A stretch of 64,000 nucleotides of DNA from Octopus sinensis (lineage: Eukaryota): positions 31,372,001 through 31,436,000 of the forward strand of contig NC_043001.1 of the NCBI RefSeq assembly GCF_006345805.1, written 5' to 3'. The position numbers and the translations under genes were made by a program. The notes beneath the pieces are model-generated. The model made no database searches and was not told the DNA's origin. It saw only the letters and a program-made list of their open reading frames with translations. Each line of letters starts with the position of its first letter. Positions within the stretch are counted from its first letter, which is position 1. Shown piece by piece: positions 39,033 through 52,213 of this stretch.

Positions 39033-39609
39033 TGTAACAAATTTTAATCTTCGGATTTTAAAATATGCTAAGCCACTGATTTTAATTGATTAATATCGAT
39101 TTCTACCCTTATTATTTAATTCTATATATATATGTGTGTGTGTGTGAGATAGAGAATGACATTTCCACATGTGCTCTGTCACACAGCATGAACAAAACAC
39201 TATATTTTACAATAAACAAAAAAATTCCTAGCTTCAGGCTTTTGACTTTGAAATGCCAATGAAATGAAAGTACCTTGTAAATCAAATAAGAGTTGATGGC
39301 AGGAAAACCTGCCTCAACACCACATTTGTCTAGCCCAGTGTTAAATTAATACTTATATTATTATATCTATCTATCTATCTTCTGTCTAATGAAAGGATTA
39401 ACTGTTTAGCATTCAAATAGGCCATATCAGGCCTCTCACAGTTATCCTGCAATGTCATTCTAAAAGCAAACACACACATCATTGAAACTTCAGAGCTATA
39501 AGGTAATGTATGGTTAATTTCACAACAATGTGAATAAATAAGCATTGTATTGACAGAGAAATCTGAATGGTAAATGGTTAAAGAAAGCAATATTTAACAA
39601 AATAGAGCA

Positions 39610-39985
39610 ACAAGCTGGCCTCTGTGCTGATGGCACATAAAAAACACCATTCAAGGGTGATCGTTCCTTTCTTCACCTTACTAGCATTTGTGTTGATGGC
39701 TAGTGAAAGAACATTCAAGCGAGGTCGTTGTCAGTGCTGCTGGACTGGCTCTTGTGCAGGTGGCTCATAAAAAGCACCATTTGAGCGTGGCCGTTGCCAG
39801 TACCGCCTGACTGGCCCTCGTGCCAGTTGCATGTAAAAGAACCCACTACACTCTTGGCATTAGGAAGGGCATCCAGCTGTAGAAACTCTGCCAGATCAGA
39901 GTCTGGTGCAGCCATCTCGTTCACCAGACCTCAGTCAAATCGTCCAACCCATGCTAGCATGGAAAGCGGACGTTAAACGATGAAG
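39610..39985 (+). mobile_element. RTE-LINE 3' UTR-derived short repeat with internal tandem units and (GAT)n tail
   Basis: ggcacgtaaaaagcacc units, then ttaggaagggcatccagctgtagaaac..ccaacccatgc.agcatgg..aaacgatgatga. Copies at about 30510-30790, 32036-32210(-), 40401-40730, 44200-44490(-), 47535-47847, 49300-49810, 58125-58230, 58310-58530. Matches the 3' end of 60430-62185. Confidence 0.8.
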
Positions 39986-40320
39986 ATAAAAGCAGAAAAG
40001 TTTTCATTTATAAATGCTAAAAACCTGGACAACAGTAACTAAGTTATAAGGATGCATCTAATTAATTGAAAAATTCATCATTATTAGACTTCTTCAGTGG
40101 TTTTTAGTTAACTCGTTAGCATTCAGCTTACTGACAAATCATAATGCTTGTTTATTCACATTGTTTTAAATAAATCCTGCATTATCTTGTAGCTTTAAAA
40201 TTTTGATGATGTGATTGCTTATTTTAGAAATGAAATTCCAGGGTAGACGTGAGAAGCTGAATTTAGCTGGTTTGAACATATGGGCCAGATATATCCTTTT
40301 GCATTCAGATTCTGTCAAAC

Positions 40321-40876
40321 ATATGGCATAGTGGTTAAGAGCGCAGGCTACTAACCCCAAGATTTCAAGTTCGATTCAAGATAGTCACCTGAATAATAAC
40401 AAAAATCAAATGGAAATTGTAGTTGTGATACCCATGCCGGTGGCACATAAAAAGCACCATCCGAACATGGCCGATGCCAGCGCCACCTTGACTGGCTTCT
40501 GTGCCAGTGGCACGTAAAAAGCACCACCTGATTGTGGTTGTTGCCAGCCTCCTCTGGCCCCAGTGCCGGTGGCACATAAAAAACACCCACTACACTCACG
40601 AAGGGCATCCAGCTGTAGAAACACTGCCAGATCAGACTGGAGCCTGGTGCAGCCTCCTGGCTACCCAGACCCTGGTCGAACTGTCCTACCCATGCTAGCA
40701 TGGAAAACGGACATTAAACGATGATGATGAGCATCAAAAAATACCTTAGGAATGAGAACCAGGTTCGAAATTTCAACAAAACACCTGATGAAAGCTGGAG
40801 GATATATCAGCTGAAACGTTGTGTTAACAACAAAAACAAGATGAGGACAAATATCCGTCAAATGTAAATAATATAT
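40321..40876 (+). mobile_element. SINE-like element with tRNA-like head and hammerhead-bearing 3' part, interrupted by an RTE-tail insertion (about 40401-40730)
   Basis: A box TGGCATAGTGG (40324), anticodon-arm-like gg-ctactaa-cc, B box GTTCGATTC (40369). The 3' part is 40731-40876. The whole unit splits a piggyBac-like MITE. Confidence 0.65.
40780..40825 (+). ncRNA. Minimal type I hammerhead ribozyme motif with intact core, sense strand of UFC1 intron 4
   Basis: AACAC CTGATGA A AGCTG GAGGATATAT CAGCT GAAA CG T T GTGTT: stem I AACAC/GTGTT, stem II AGCTG/CAGCT, palindromic AACGTT helix III. Confidence 0.72.
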
Positions 40877-41131
40877 GTTTATTTATTCACATTGTTTCGA
40901 AGTGATTATGCATATCTTGTAGTCTAAAGATTATAATATGTGGCTGTTTATTTTTAGAATGATATTGTAGGGTTAGATCTGGCCAGTTTGAACATAAAAC
41001 AGATTTTGGCTGGATATGGTCAGTTTAAATGCTAATGGATTAAATCACTTATTAGGAGCTAAACACAATACTTTTAAATACATTATATTCATACAATAGT
41101 AATGTTTTTTTTTTTTGTTTTGTTTCCTTAG

Positions 41132-41212
41132 TTGGGACCATGGCTTGCTGTAGAAATCCCAGATTTAATACAGAAAGAAATTATTGTATATAAACCTACA
41201 ACCAATTCATGA
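41132..41212 (+). CDS. UFC1: UFC1 coding exon 5 (last)
   Basis: ttccttag|LGPWLAVEIPDLIQKEIIVYKPTTNS*, 81 nt. Total CDS is 504 nt = 167 aa. Confidence 0.96.
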   Translation: MGPWLAVEIPDLIQKEIIVYKPTTNS

Positions 41213-43152
41213 TTGTTTATACTTGTGCACTGTCGTCCTCAGTGAAAAATTAAAATAATTATTCATTCAAATGAGGTTTGTGTTTTTAATTTATAACCCA
41301 GTAATTCAAGAGAAATGTGGTGTGTGGAAAATAATGGTAAAATTATAAAGATATTGCAGAATTGAGATCTGTATACAATGACAAGATGCTGAGTAATATT
41401 TCTCCCGATAAACCCTGAAAAGTAGCAATTAACCAATATGCTTTGAAAGAATTTGGTCATTCTTCATTTATTTTCTCAAAAAGTTCTGATGTCCTAACAT
41501 AGAAAAATCCTGAGACTAAATGACACAGATTTATCTTCTGGAACATCTACTTTTCTAAGTTCAAATCTTTCCAGGAACTACTTCAGCATTTCAATTCTCC
41601 AAAATGGGATATAAATGTATCAGGTATGTACTGGAGTAACTTCCATCAAGTAATCATTCTATTATATGTACAGCTTTGTCCGGGTAGGTGACATCATGAT
41701 CATACAATTTAAAAATCATTTTACATCACAAGATTCCATTTTTACTTCTGTGTGTCTTGAGATTGTATACTTTGTCAAAAAGAATAATTAGAACAGTGTA
41801 TTGTGTGGTGAATACTGAATACCTTAGCAAACAAACTTCATTAGTCATTTTCAGTTGTCCACTGAAGCCAATATACTTCATGAGACAATTGGATGCTGTT
41901 GTTTGAATGCTGACAATTTGGCACAGCTGACTGGACATTCAGCCTGATTTGAGAGTAGAGGCAAACACACATACAGAAATATAAACATAGATAAAAAGTG
42001 TGACAGAGAGACGTTATATATTTCTTTACTACACACAAGGGGCTAAACACCGAGGGGACAAACAAGGACAGACAAACGGATTAAGTCGATTATACGACCC
42101 CAGTGCGAAACTGGTACTTAATTTATCGACCCTGAAAGGATGAAAGGCAATGTCGACCTCGGCGGAATTTGAACTCAGAACGTAATGGCAGACGAAATAC
42201 CGCTAAGCATTTCACAAGAGAGACATTATAATTAACGGAACACTTTCCTTTCCTCTCACACAAACACGCACACAGGAATATGTTCACATACATAAAGAGA
42301 TATATGGACAGAGTGAGAGAAACATTAAAACGTCTCACCAAAACGGTTGTGCTAAAACGCTTCAGCCTCAATAATGCTCTCAAAAAAAGCATGAACATCA
42401 GACAGCCTCATGTGGCAAACCCATGAAAAATGTGTGGCCTTGCAGCGAGATAAGAAATTGATATTAATCAATGTAACGTCATTGTGTATGTTTTAGAGAC
42501 AAGCATTTTTGTCCCATACTAGAGATCCTTCAAAATAGAGGATACTGACTGGAGGACTGTAATTGTACAATCAATGCAGTTGTACTTCAGAGAACAAGTC
42601 ATCAGGATTAACTAAAACACATACAAGTATAACACTGACTTTCCAGACGCTCCTGGCCCAGAACCTCTTATCTGCACTAATTTACAAGCAGGAACTTCAA
42701 ATTCCTACAGCTACCAAACTAGTTTACTGGTACCTTACACAGTACAGTATTAAAAAGTTTGTATCACTTATACTAATGTATAAGTACCTATATTTCATTT
42801 AATTATTTAAGTAAATTCAGTATTTAATTTAGAGTGTGTTGACCAATGTAACCACTCTTGGTTTGGAAAAATTAGTAACCCAGAAAAGCTTTGGAACCAA
42901 AGGTTTTAGAAAAATCAATGTTGTATCTGTACTTAATTCATTTTCAACATAGCACAAAACTTTTAGGAAATAATGGAGGAATCTGACATTTCAGAAGTGA
43001 CTCATCACCTCAGAAATTTTTTTAACTGAGAAGTTTAGATAGTATTGAGAATATGTAACGGAGAGAGAGGGATAAACACAAAAAAGTGATGGAGTTAATG
43101 TATTGAAAAGAAACGAAACAAAATAATAAAAAAATTCATTTTGTTTTTAGTA

Positions 43153-43663
43153 CCGTAAATCCTCGAGTATAGTCCGCCCTTGAGTATAACACGCAGGGGA
43201 TTTTTAGGGGGCTGTACCTCTGAAAAACCTAAACTTGTGTATAATACGCACCCCTTCTCTAACTTGAGTCAAGGAGGTCTATATAACGTCCTTGGTTTGT
43301 AAAAATGTATATGGTAACGTCCTTTATTATTATTGTATATATAACATAATGCAAACGTGTAGCTTTTTTGTGCATTTTGTTTGCAGAAAATAAAGAAATA
43401 ACAGTAATAACGTTTAATAAATGTTGCTTACTGCAAGTTATGGATGATTCTTTTATGACTTAATTGCTTTCAGGCTTAGCTTAAGGTATTTTTGCGCCTG
43501 ACATCACAAAATGAATCTGAATAAACATAGCCAGACAACAAATCGAGACTTGGACATTGCTTAGAAAATAATTTTCATTTTTAACCTCGTATATAGTAAG
43601 CATTAGGGATTTTGACCTTTAAATTTTGAGGAAAAAATGCTGATTATACTCGAGGATTTACGG
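43153..43663. mobile_element. Non-autonomous Tc1/mariner-superfamily element (Tc2/pogo-like TIRs)
   Basis: Perfect 19-bp TIR ccgtaaatcctcgagtata / tatactcgaggatttacgg, with TA on both flanks. Confidence 0.9.
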
Positions 43664-45709
43664 TAACTAGATGTGGAAAAAAAAATTTGGTGTGCACATA
43701 AGGGTGGGAGTACCAAAAACAATTGTATGGATGCATAAGTAAATGTCAATTATGACAAAGTTTACTCTGTGTGTGTGCCTGTGGGGAAATTATGTTTGTA
43801 CAGGGTTATAAAGTAAAATTATATTTCTATTGATTCTGACAGGTATTTCAGTTGTTCAATCAACTGAAGTATTGACTTATTGAATTACTAAGTAACTAAA
43901 CATTCCATAGACTCATGTACTTTGCATGGAATTCTCAGGCATGACTGTACTAAACCTTTAAATTACAGCTATAGCCAATGTGACAGGTTTCTGTCTATTT
44001 GATTTCACTCAAAAAGCTTGAGATGATCTAAGGTTACAGTCAAAAACACATGTCCAGGGACTGATTGAACCCAGGATCTCATAATTGCAAAGCAAACTTC
44101 TTAACCATTCAACCATGCTATATCCACAGAAAGCATGTAATTAGATGTCAATATACACAAGTAACAAAGTTTAGTTTGCAGAATTACAAAAACGATAGAT
44201 CATCATCATCATCGTTTAACGTCTGCTTTTCATGCTAGCATGGGTTGGATGATTTGACTGAGGACTGGCTAACCAGATGGTTGCACCAGGCTCCAATCTT
44301 GATCTGGCAGAGTTTCTACAAGTGAATGCTCTTCCTAACGCCAACCACTCAGTGTAGTGGGTGCTTTTACGTGCCACCGGCATGGAGGCCAGTTAGGCAG
44401 TACTGGCAACGGCCATGCTCAAATGGTGTTTTTTATGTGCCACCTGCAAAGGAGCCAGTCCAGTGGCACTGGCAACGATGTCGCTCAAATATATAAGAGA
44501 ACAATATGCAATTGACAAGGTTTATTTGTGGATAATGAAGATAATTGTGTCTCAACATGGAGGATGATCAACAGCGAATATTGTAGAGTTTAGCTGTTTA
44601 TAATTGCTCATCGATGTTGGGGAAATATGATTTCTTTAGAAGGAGGTTTTGTCATAGACCCTTCATCTGCCACCAAATATTCTTTCCTAGCTGACTTAGA
44701 CATTCATCTGAAAAGAGGCATCAAATAGCCAGTGTTTGCATGTGCAACAGCTACACCCCACTGGAAACTGCTTTAATCCTTTTGTTACCATATTTCTGTA
44801 GAAATACACTGCCTTTGTTTCATTTCTAAATTAAGAATTTAACAAAATATCCTTATTACCATGTTTGTGTTTGGAACAGGAAATTTTGATGGAAGGTATT
44901 AATTTAAATATCACTTAAAAATAGGAAATCTGTATCATAGAACCAGTGGCTGTCTCTGGCAGGTTGATGCCAAAAGAGTTGACATCAAGTCAAAATAGCC
45001 AAATTCTAAGAATTTAATACACAACAGTACCAACCAAATTACAAGAACTAGAATGATAGTACTGTACTGTGTGTGACAACAGGTGATTCAGCAAAGGGGT
45101 TATCACCATTCACTGCAGTTAGAGAAGTCACCCAATCATTTTGCAGCACATGAATTGCAATATCTGTGACAGAGAGGATTGTACTTCTGCTGCACAAAGT
45201 TTCAGTCATCACTTTCATATTCTCCCAGTTAAGATGTCACTTAAGGTTACATACTTGACCTAAAAAAATTCAAAGGTCGACATGGACAGAGAAACCATTA
45301 ATGACTATTATGGACTATTGATTGAATGATAATGAAATAGTTTATACTTTTAAAAACAAAAACTTAATTCTAATCATTTGGGAAATTCTTTTTAACAGCT
45401 TAACATTTAAAGGTAATTAAAATATATAAACACACATGTCCATGTGCACACATGAAGGGAGTAGATTGCAAATGACAAAATAAAATCACAATACATATAT
45501 GTGAATACACAAACTTCGACTCTTGGACTGATAAAAATATTTCAACAAAGTTGAGTATATATATATATGCATATATAAAAAAAATAACAAATTTCTTGCT
45601 ATCTTTGTTTCAGAGACATATTTAAAAAAAAAAAAAAGGGAGTGGATTCTTGGAATTACCCTATGGAGTGTAAAAAAAAAAACTTTATGAAGTGGGGAAA
45701 CTCCTTCAA

Positions 45710-46174
45710 TTAATATCTCTTATAAGGTTCATGTCGGTAACCTGAGTTATTTCTATAACCAGATCCCCGTGGGTTTCTGCCAGAATCCTTAGACATGTGA
45801 TCATATCTGTGATGCCTTTGTTCATAGCGGCTGTTGTCTGGCATCATGTTAGGCAAGTTCTGTTTGTGTGTGTAACCAGCATTTTGGTTTAAGTACCTGT
45901 TATTATCGTAATTAGAATGCTGATGAAAATAACCACCTGTGGATCGATTGCCATGATTGCCATAAGGACTACTTCCTTGACTTGTCTCTCTTGGCTGGTA
46001 TTCTTCTGGCTGATTGTTCATGCGTGGCTGACGAGCCCGAAGAGCTAAAACTTTACCATGTAATGAAACCCCATCATAGATCTGAAGTGTGTAAGGAATG
46101 GATTCTGAGTGCTTAAACTGAACGAAAGCATATGATCTTTCCTTGGGTATAAACACTTTCTCCAATGGACCAGA
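45710..46174 (-). CDS. RBM7: RBM7/RBM11-like RRM protein, coding exon 2 (last)
   Basis: tttcag|SGPLEKVFIPKERSYAFVQFKHSESIPYTLQIYDGVSLHGKVLALRAR (RNP1), followed by an N/Y/G/R/H-rich low-complexity tail and TAA. Confidence 0.88.
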   Translation of the reverse strand, partial: SGPLEKVFIPKERSYAFVQFKHSESIPYTLQIYDGVSLHGKVLALRARQPRMNNQPEEYQPRETSQGSSPYGNHGNRSTGGYFHQHSNYDNNRYLNQNAGYTHKQNLPNMMPDNSRYEQRHHRYDHMSKDSGRNPRGSGYRNNSGYRHEPYKRY

Positions 46175-49100
46175 CTGAAATAGATAGAGAGAGAGAAAAA
46201 AAATTTTACTGTTGAAATCTTTTTCTGTATACTAGCATAGGTTGAATGAATTTGAATTTTAAGAGAAATTTGTACTGGAAAACATTTTTACAATTAGATG
46301 CTTACTTAACAGTAACCAACAAACTACAACACCTATTTTCAGGTAGAAAAACTGATGCAATTCCAGAATAGTCAGTAAATGAAAGTAGCAGTCCAGCATG
46401 ACTGTAGCTTATCTGTGATCGCTAAAACAAACTAGAATATGTACTGTATCACTGAAATTTTGCAATAATCCATACATTGATTACAAAATATCATGAAGCA
46501 AATGGTAAATTGTTGGTCAGTGGCATTTGACAATCACTTGGCAAACCACAGAATTTTAAAATTTTCTTGCAGCAATAGAAGAAACAATTTTTTCCCAAAA
46601 AAATTTTGAAAGTTTCTGTATATTGTTTCTGAATAAATACTTGAATGATAAAAATAGAATTAAACTAAATTTTAAAAATCACACTTTTCTGACATCTAAA
46701 GCTTGCTTAGCCATCACTTGCAAGGGAGTAAGGAGACCTGGGAACTTGAACCACACTTTTGCTTCTTGCTTTATCTCAAGTAGACAATCACATTCTTATT
46801 TCTTTATTGCCCACAAGGGGCTAAACATAGAGTAGACAAACAAGGACAGACAAAGAGGTTAAGTCAATTACATCGAACCCAGTGCGTAACTGGTGCTTAA
46901 TTTATCGACCCCGAAAGGATGAAAGGCAAAGTCGACCTCCGCAGAATTTGAACTCAGAATGTAGCAGCAGACGAAATACCGCTAAGCATTTCGCCCGGTG
47001 TGCTAACATTTCTGCCAGCTCGCCACCTTCTACTTGTTACCCTTTGCTCAAGGATATAATGCACTACCTTGTCCAGGAACTGAGCTGACAACCTTACGAT
47101 CATGATCCTAACACCCTCACTACTAGGCCACACACACGTCTTCACATCCAGCATTATCATTAGCAAAGAGAATTTTTTTGTTTTTGATTTGTTAATGTCA
47201 CTGCTAGCTCCACCCAACCATCTATCAATAACTTCCACAAAAGTATCAATAATGTATTTTTGACAAGCCAATTCTAAATAGTCTTTTTCACTAGTTTCAG
47301 TCATTGGACAGCAGCCATGATGGGGCACCAACTTGAAGGGTTGTAGTCAAACAGATCCACCTCCTCCCCAGGATTTAATTTTAAGTTTGGCACTTATTCT
47401 ATCAGTTTCCTTTGCTGAACCACTAAGTTACAAGGACATAAACAAACCAACACCAGTTGTAAGGTGGTGGGGACACAAAGTCACACACAAACATTTATAT
47501 AATTAAATGAATAGCTGTTAATGCTTATTTTATCATGGTGACACATAAAAAGCACCATCTGATCATGGCCGTTTGCCAGCCTCGTCTGGTCTCCATGCTG
47601 GTGGCACGTAAAAAGCACCATCCGATCGTGGCCATTTGCCAGCCTCGTCTGGCACCTGTGCCTGTGGCACATAAAAAGCACCCACTACACTCACGGAGTG
47701 ATTGGCGTTAGGAAGGGCATCAAGCTGTAGAAACACTGCCAGATCAGACTGGGCCTGGTGCAGCTTTCGGGCTTCCCATACCCCAGTTGAACAGTCCAAC
47801 CCATGCTAGCATGGAAAGCAGACATTAAACGATGATGATGATGATGACAACTGTAATGATACTACACATACAAAATATTGAGAATTCATGGATCAATAAG
47901 AAAATCTTAAATAATCAATAGAAGATACAGAACACCAACTTGTGTTTCTATACAACAAAACAATGAAGAATTTTGGACATTTGTTCATAAACAGGGCCTC
48001 ATGAAAGTATTTACCTAGTCAAAAGTGGGTGTTTTCCAACACAAAATCATTAACCCTGCTAAATATAGTGCTTATTTAGTCATATTGTTTGTATTAGTTA
48101 TGCATAGGCACAGGAGTGGCTGTGTGGTAAGTAGCTTGCTTACCAACCACATGGTTCCGGATTCAGTCCCACTGCATGGCATCTTGGACAAGTGTCTTCT
48201 ACTATAGCCTCGGGCCGACCAAAGCCTTGCAAGTGGATTTGGTAGACGGAAACTGAAAGATATGTATATATGTGTGTGTGTGTGTCCGCCAACATCGCTT
48301 GACAACCGATGCTGCTGTGTTCACGTCCCGTAACTTAGCAGTTCAGCAAAAGAGACCGATAGAATAAGTACCATGCTTACAAAGAATAAGTCCCAGGGTC
48401 AATTTGCTCAACTAAAGGCGGTGTTCCAGCATGGCCGCAGTCAAATGACTGAAACAAGTAAAAGAGTATCTCATAGCTTTGATAAGGCAGTGAGCTGGCA
48501 GAATTGTTAGCATGCTGGACGAAACAGCGGTATTTTGTCCGTCGCTATGTTCTGAGTTCAAATTCCGCCGAGGTCAACTTTGCCTTTCATCCTTTTGGGG
48601 TCAATAAATTAAGTACCACCTGCATATTTTGGGGGGGAGGGGGGATAAAATCGACTAGCCCCCTCCCTAAAAGTTTCAGGCCTTGTGTCTATAGAAGAAA
48701 GGATTATCTCATAGCTTTGAGGTTTCAGTGAGGTGATTGTTTATTTTTAGAATGACATTGTAGGGTAGGTGTGAGAGGCTACACATGGCCATTTTAAATG
48801 CTAATGGGTTAAAAACCTAAAGTAAAACGGTGGAGCATAGCGGGTAGCTGGACCCACCAAATTAGATACCTAATTTACATGAGCAAAGCACACTATAAAT
48901 TTATTTAATAGCAATAAGATGAAATTAGAATTAAAACTGGCACTCTGTCAATTACTATGATGAGGGATCCGGTTGATCCAAACCACAGAACAACCTCCTT
49001 GTGAAATTAATGTGCAAGTGACTGAACACTCCACAGACACACACACTCTTCATGTGACACAGAATGTGACAAGGCTGGCCCTTTGAAATACAGTATGACT

Positions 49101-50870
49101 CATTATTGCCAGCTGAGAAAACAGGAGCAATGTTAAATAAAGTAATGTTTTTTCAAGGGCACAATACACCACCTGGAATTGAACTCTTGACCTTGCGATT
49201 GTGAGCCAAATATCCTAACTGCTAAGCCACATACCTTCACAGAACTATTAAATGCATGAAACAATAACGTTTTTGCAAAATAAAAGCCTCTTTCATGACA
49301 TGATTGTCCTGGTGCGAAGACCTGTTGAGGCAAGTGAAATCAAATTTGATGACTGGCATCTGTGCTAGTGGAGTGCTAAGAGTACCTTACGAGCGTGATC
49401 ATTGCCAGAACAACAAGCTGGCCTCTGTGCCGATGGCACATAAAAGACACCATTCGAGCATGATCATTACCTGCGTCACCTTACTGGCACTTGTGCTGGT
49501 GGCACGTGAAAAAACATTCGAGCGAGGTCGTTGCCAGTGCCTCTGGACTGGCTCCTGTGCAGGTGGCACATAAAAAGCACCATTTGAGGATGGCTGTTGC
49601 CAGTACCGCCTGACTGGCCCTCGTGCCGGTGGCACATAAAAGCATCCACTACACTCTCGGAGTGGTTGGTGTTAAGAAGGGCAACCAGCTGTAGAAACTC
49701 TGCCAGATCAGATTGGAGTCTGGTGCAGCCATCTGGTTCGCCAGACCTCAGTCAAATCGTCCAACCCATGCTAGCATGGAAAGTGGACGTTAAACGATGA
49801 TGATGATGAAGACTTGCATTGTACAAGTGGATGCTGATGGAGGTGTACCAAAGGAATCTGCTGCAAGAAAAGGAATTGCGAAAATTTTACAAAAAAACTA
49901 TCTTTAGTGCAAGTCATCAATCTCAAGAATTACTTGGCCCCTATATATGACATGATGAATATGAAAGTAACAGCATTTGAGGCTCAGCTAATATCGCGTT
50001 AAAACATTATGTAATTGTGCGAAAACAAGACATAACACTCGTTGCTCATAACCAAGCTTATCTGGTGTTAAGCCTTGCCTAATAATGGATTTGCATAATT
50101 ACTGAAAGTCTAAGACCTAGTCATATTAACGAAAATTCATACTGTTTTCACTTTTTGCCCTTAAAAATACCTATTTCTGACAAAATAGATACTTTCACTT
50201 TGATGGAGTCCTGGAAATGAAAATTTTGGTTAAAAAATATTGAGGAGTGGCTGTGTGGTAAGTAGCTTGCTAACCAACCACGTGGTTCCGGGTTCAGTTC
50301 CACTGCGTGGCACCTTGGGCAAATGTCTTCTACTATAGCCTCGGGCCGACCAAAGCCTTGTGAGTGGATTTGGTAGACGGAAACTGAAAGAAGCCCGTCG
50401 TATATATGTATGTGCGTGTGTTTGTGTCCCCCCTAGCATTGCTTGACAACCGATGCTGGTGTGTTTATGTCCCCGTCACTTAGCGGTTCGGCAAAAGAGA
50501 CCGATAAAATAAGTACTGGGCTTACAAAAGAATAAGTCCCGGGGTCGAGTTGCTCGATTAAAGGCGGTGCTCCAGCATGGCCGCAGTCAAATGACTGAAA
50601 CAAGTAAAAGAGTAAGTCATATGTGTAACACATCAAAGTGTCACTCGTTTAGATGATTTTTAAAAAAATTTACAGTTAAGCCTTATCTGTTTATGCCACC
50701 TCACGAACTTGCTGGCCATCATTTTACATTATTTTCTCTTTAAACCTTTATGTCTGCATGCACATGTGTTTATTATATCTGACAGTCTACTTAGATATAT
50801 GTGTGTGACTGGATAGATAAACAACATAACCGCGCCATCATGAACTGCACAAATTAAATACCGTATACAC

Positions 50871-51208
50871 CAGTGGTACTCAACCACATTTTTTTTTTAC
50901 CCATGGACCCTTTAATTACTATTTTAGTCTAGTGAACCCCCATAGTCATTCGATGTTTAAAAACTAGTTTTAGAGAAAGTCCTTGCAAAATTCCTACTTT
51001 GTTTTTTCACACATTGTGTAAGTTGAACTACGTAAAATGTTAGAGAAAGAAACCAAGTTGTTTCTTGCAATACATACATCTAAAGCAAAAGTTTTTCAGG
51101 GGCCCTTAAAATATTATTGTGGATCCCCCTACCCAATTTACTATTCCGTTACGTTGACCCCACTCCTCAATCTTCGGTGGCCATATGGACCCCGGTTGAG
51201 AACTACTG
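50871..51208. mobile_element. hAT (Charlie-like) MITE in the RBM7 intron
   Basis: TIRs cagtggtactcaacc / ggttgagaactactg. Perfect 8-bp TSD gtatacac at 50863-50870 and 51209-51216. Confidence 0.92.
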
Positions 51209-51565
51209 GTATACACTGTATCTAGAAATAAAAAAAATAAAAAATTGGTGTTATTTCCTGTTTCAGCGGGTTATTGATTGAATGCAAGTAAACTTTTTAA
51301 AGTTGTGTTCTCTTACATTTAAGTCTAAATTTAACAATCTCAGACTTTTATTTTACAGAAACACGAAAAATCAAAATCGTAACGACGAAATTTATTTTTG
51401 TACATACGCTGTTACAAGAACTATCTACGTATATATGAAAATTGAATATACTTCATTTTATTACTTAAAATTTTCGTTTCCTTTCATTTTATTTCAATTG
51501 TACTCCAAAATACGATTTCAGATAAATACACATGGAATTTAGGCGATCGTTTCTTTAAATAATAG

Positions 51566-51777
51566 GAAGGGGGATATTAAAAAGTTCCTGGCTTTAAAGG
51601 TGTCGCGAAAAGCCTGGTTGGAGGCCCAACCGTCTGAATTCTTTTATGGGGCTTAGAAAAACCGAAGGACCACTGCAATAAGTGTGTGAATCTAAGAGGG
51701 AAATATATTGAATAAAATCATAATTCTCCTATATTTTCTTCTATTCAATGCCAGGAACTTTTCAGGACACCCTCGTA
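51566..51777 (+). mobile_element. mariner-derived MITE; second copy at about 57140-57362
   Basis: TIR-like ends (aaaagttcctggc / gccaggaacttttcag..ccctcgta). The interior retains a mariner C-terminal remnant, GLEK.KDHCNKCVNLRG.Y.E*. Confidence 0.8.
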
Positions 51778-52213
51778 TATATCTTTATCTTGGTAATAAT
51801 GTATGTTGAAGGTTTCTTTTTAATATGGAGCAAAACGAATGAAGATAATGGTCTAAAGATTGGATAACAGATGAACTCAGTACCGTATTTCGTATATTAC
51901 CACATGCATACACGCACAAACATTCAAAGTGAAAAATAATCATAAATATATTCACCGACATAAAACGAAACATTGCCCCAACTTTTGTTTAATTTCAATT
52001 AAAGTTTAATATTGCTTACAGAAGGATTATCTCAGAATGACAGTCAAGCTAGGCGTGGAAGATAAACGAAAATGAAAGTCTAAATATGACCCAAGACGGA
52101 AAACCAAAAGTGATTCCACGTAGTTTAACGTGGAACAAACGAAGATATTTCTATTCAAGAACAATATTAAATAAAAGGTTAAACGAAACCATAACTTTTG
52201 TAAATAACCTTAC

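Noticed and set aside
47535-47690. Repeat-spacer-like units in RTE-tail elements
   Set aside because: The intervening sequences are themselves repeats, and the units belong to a retroelement 3' UTR.
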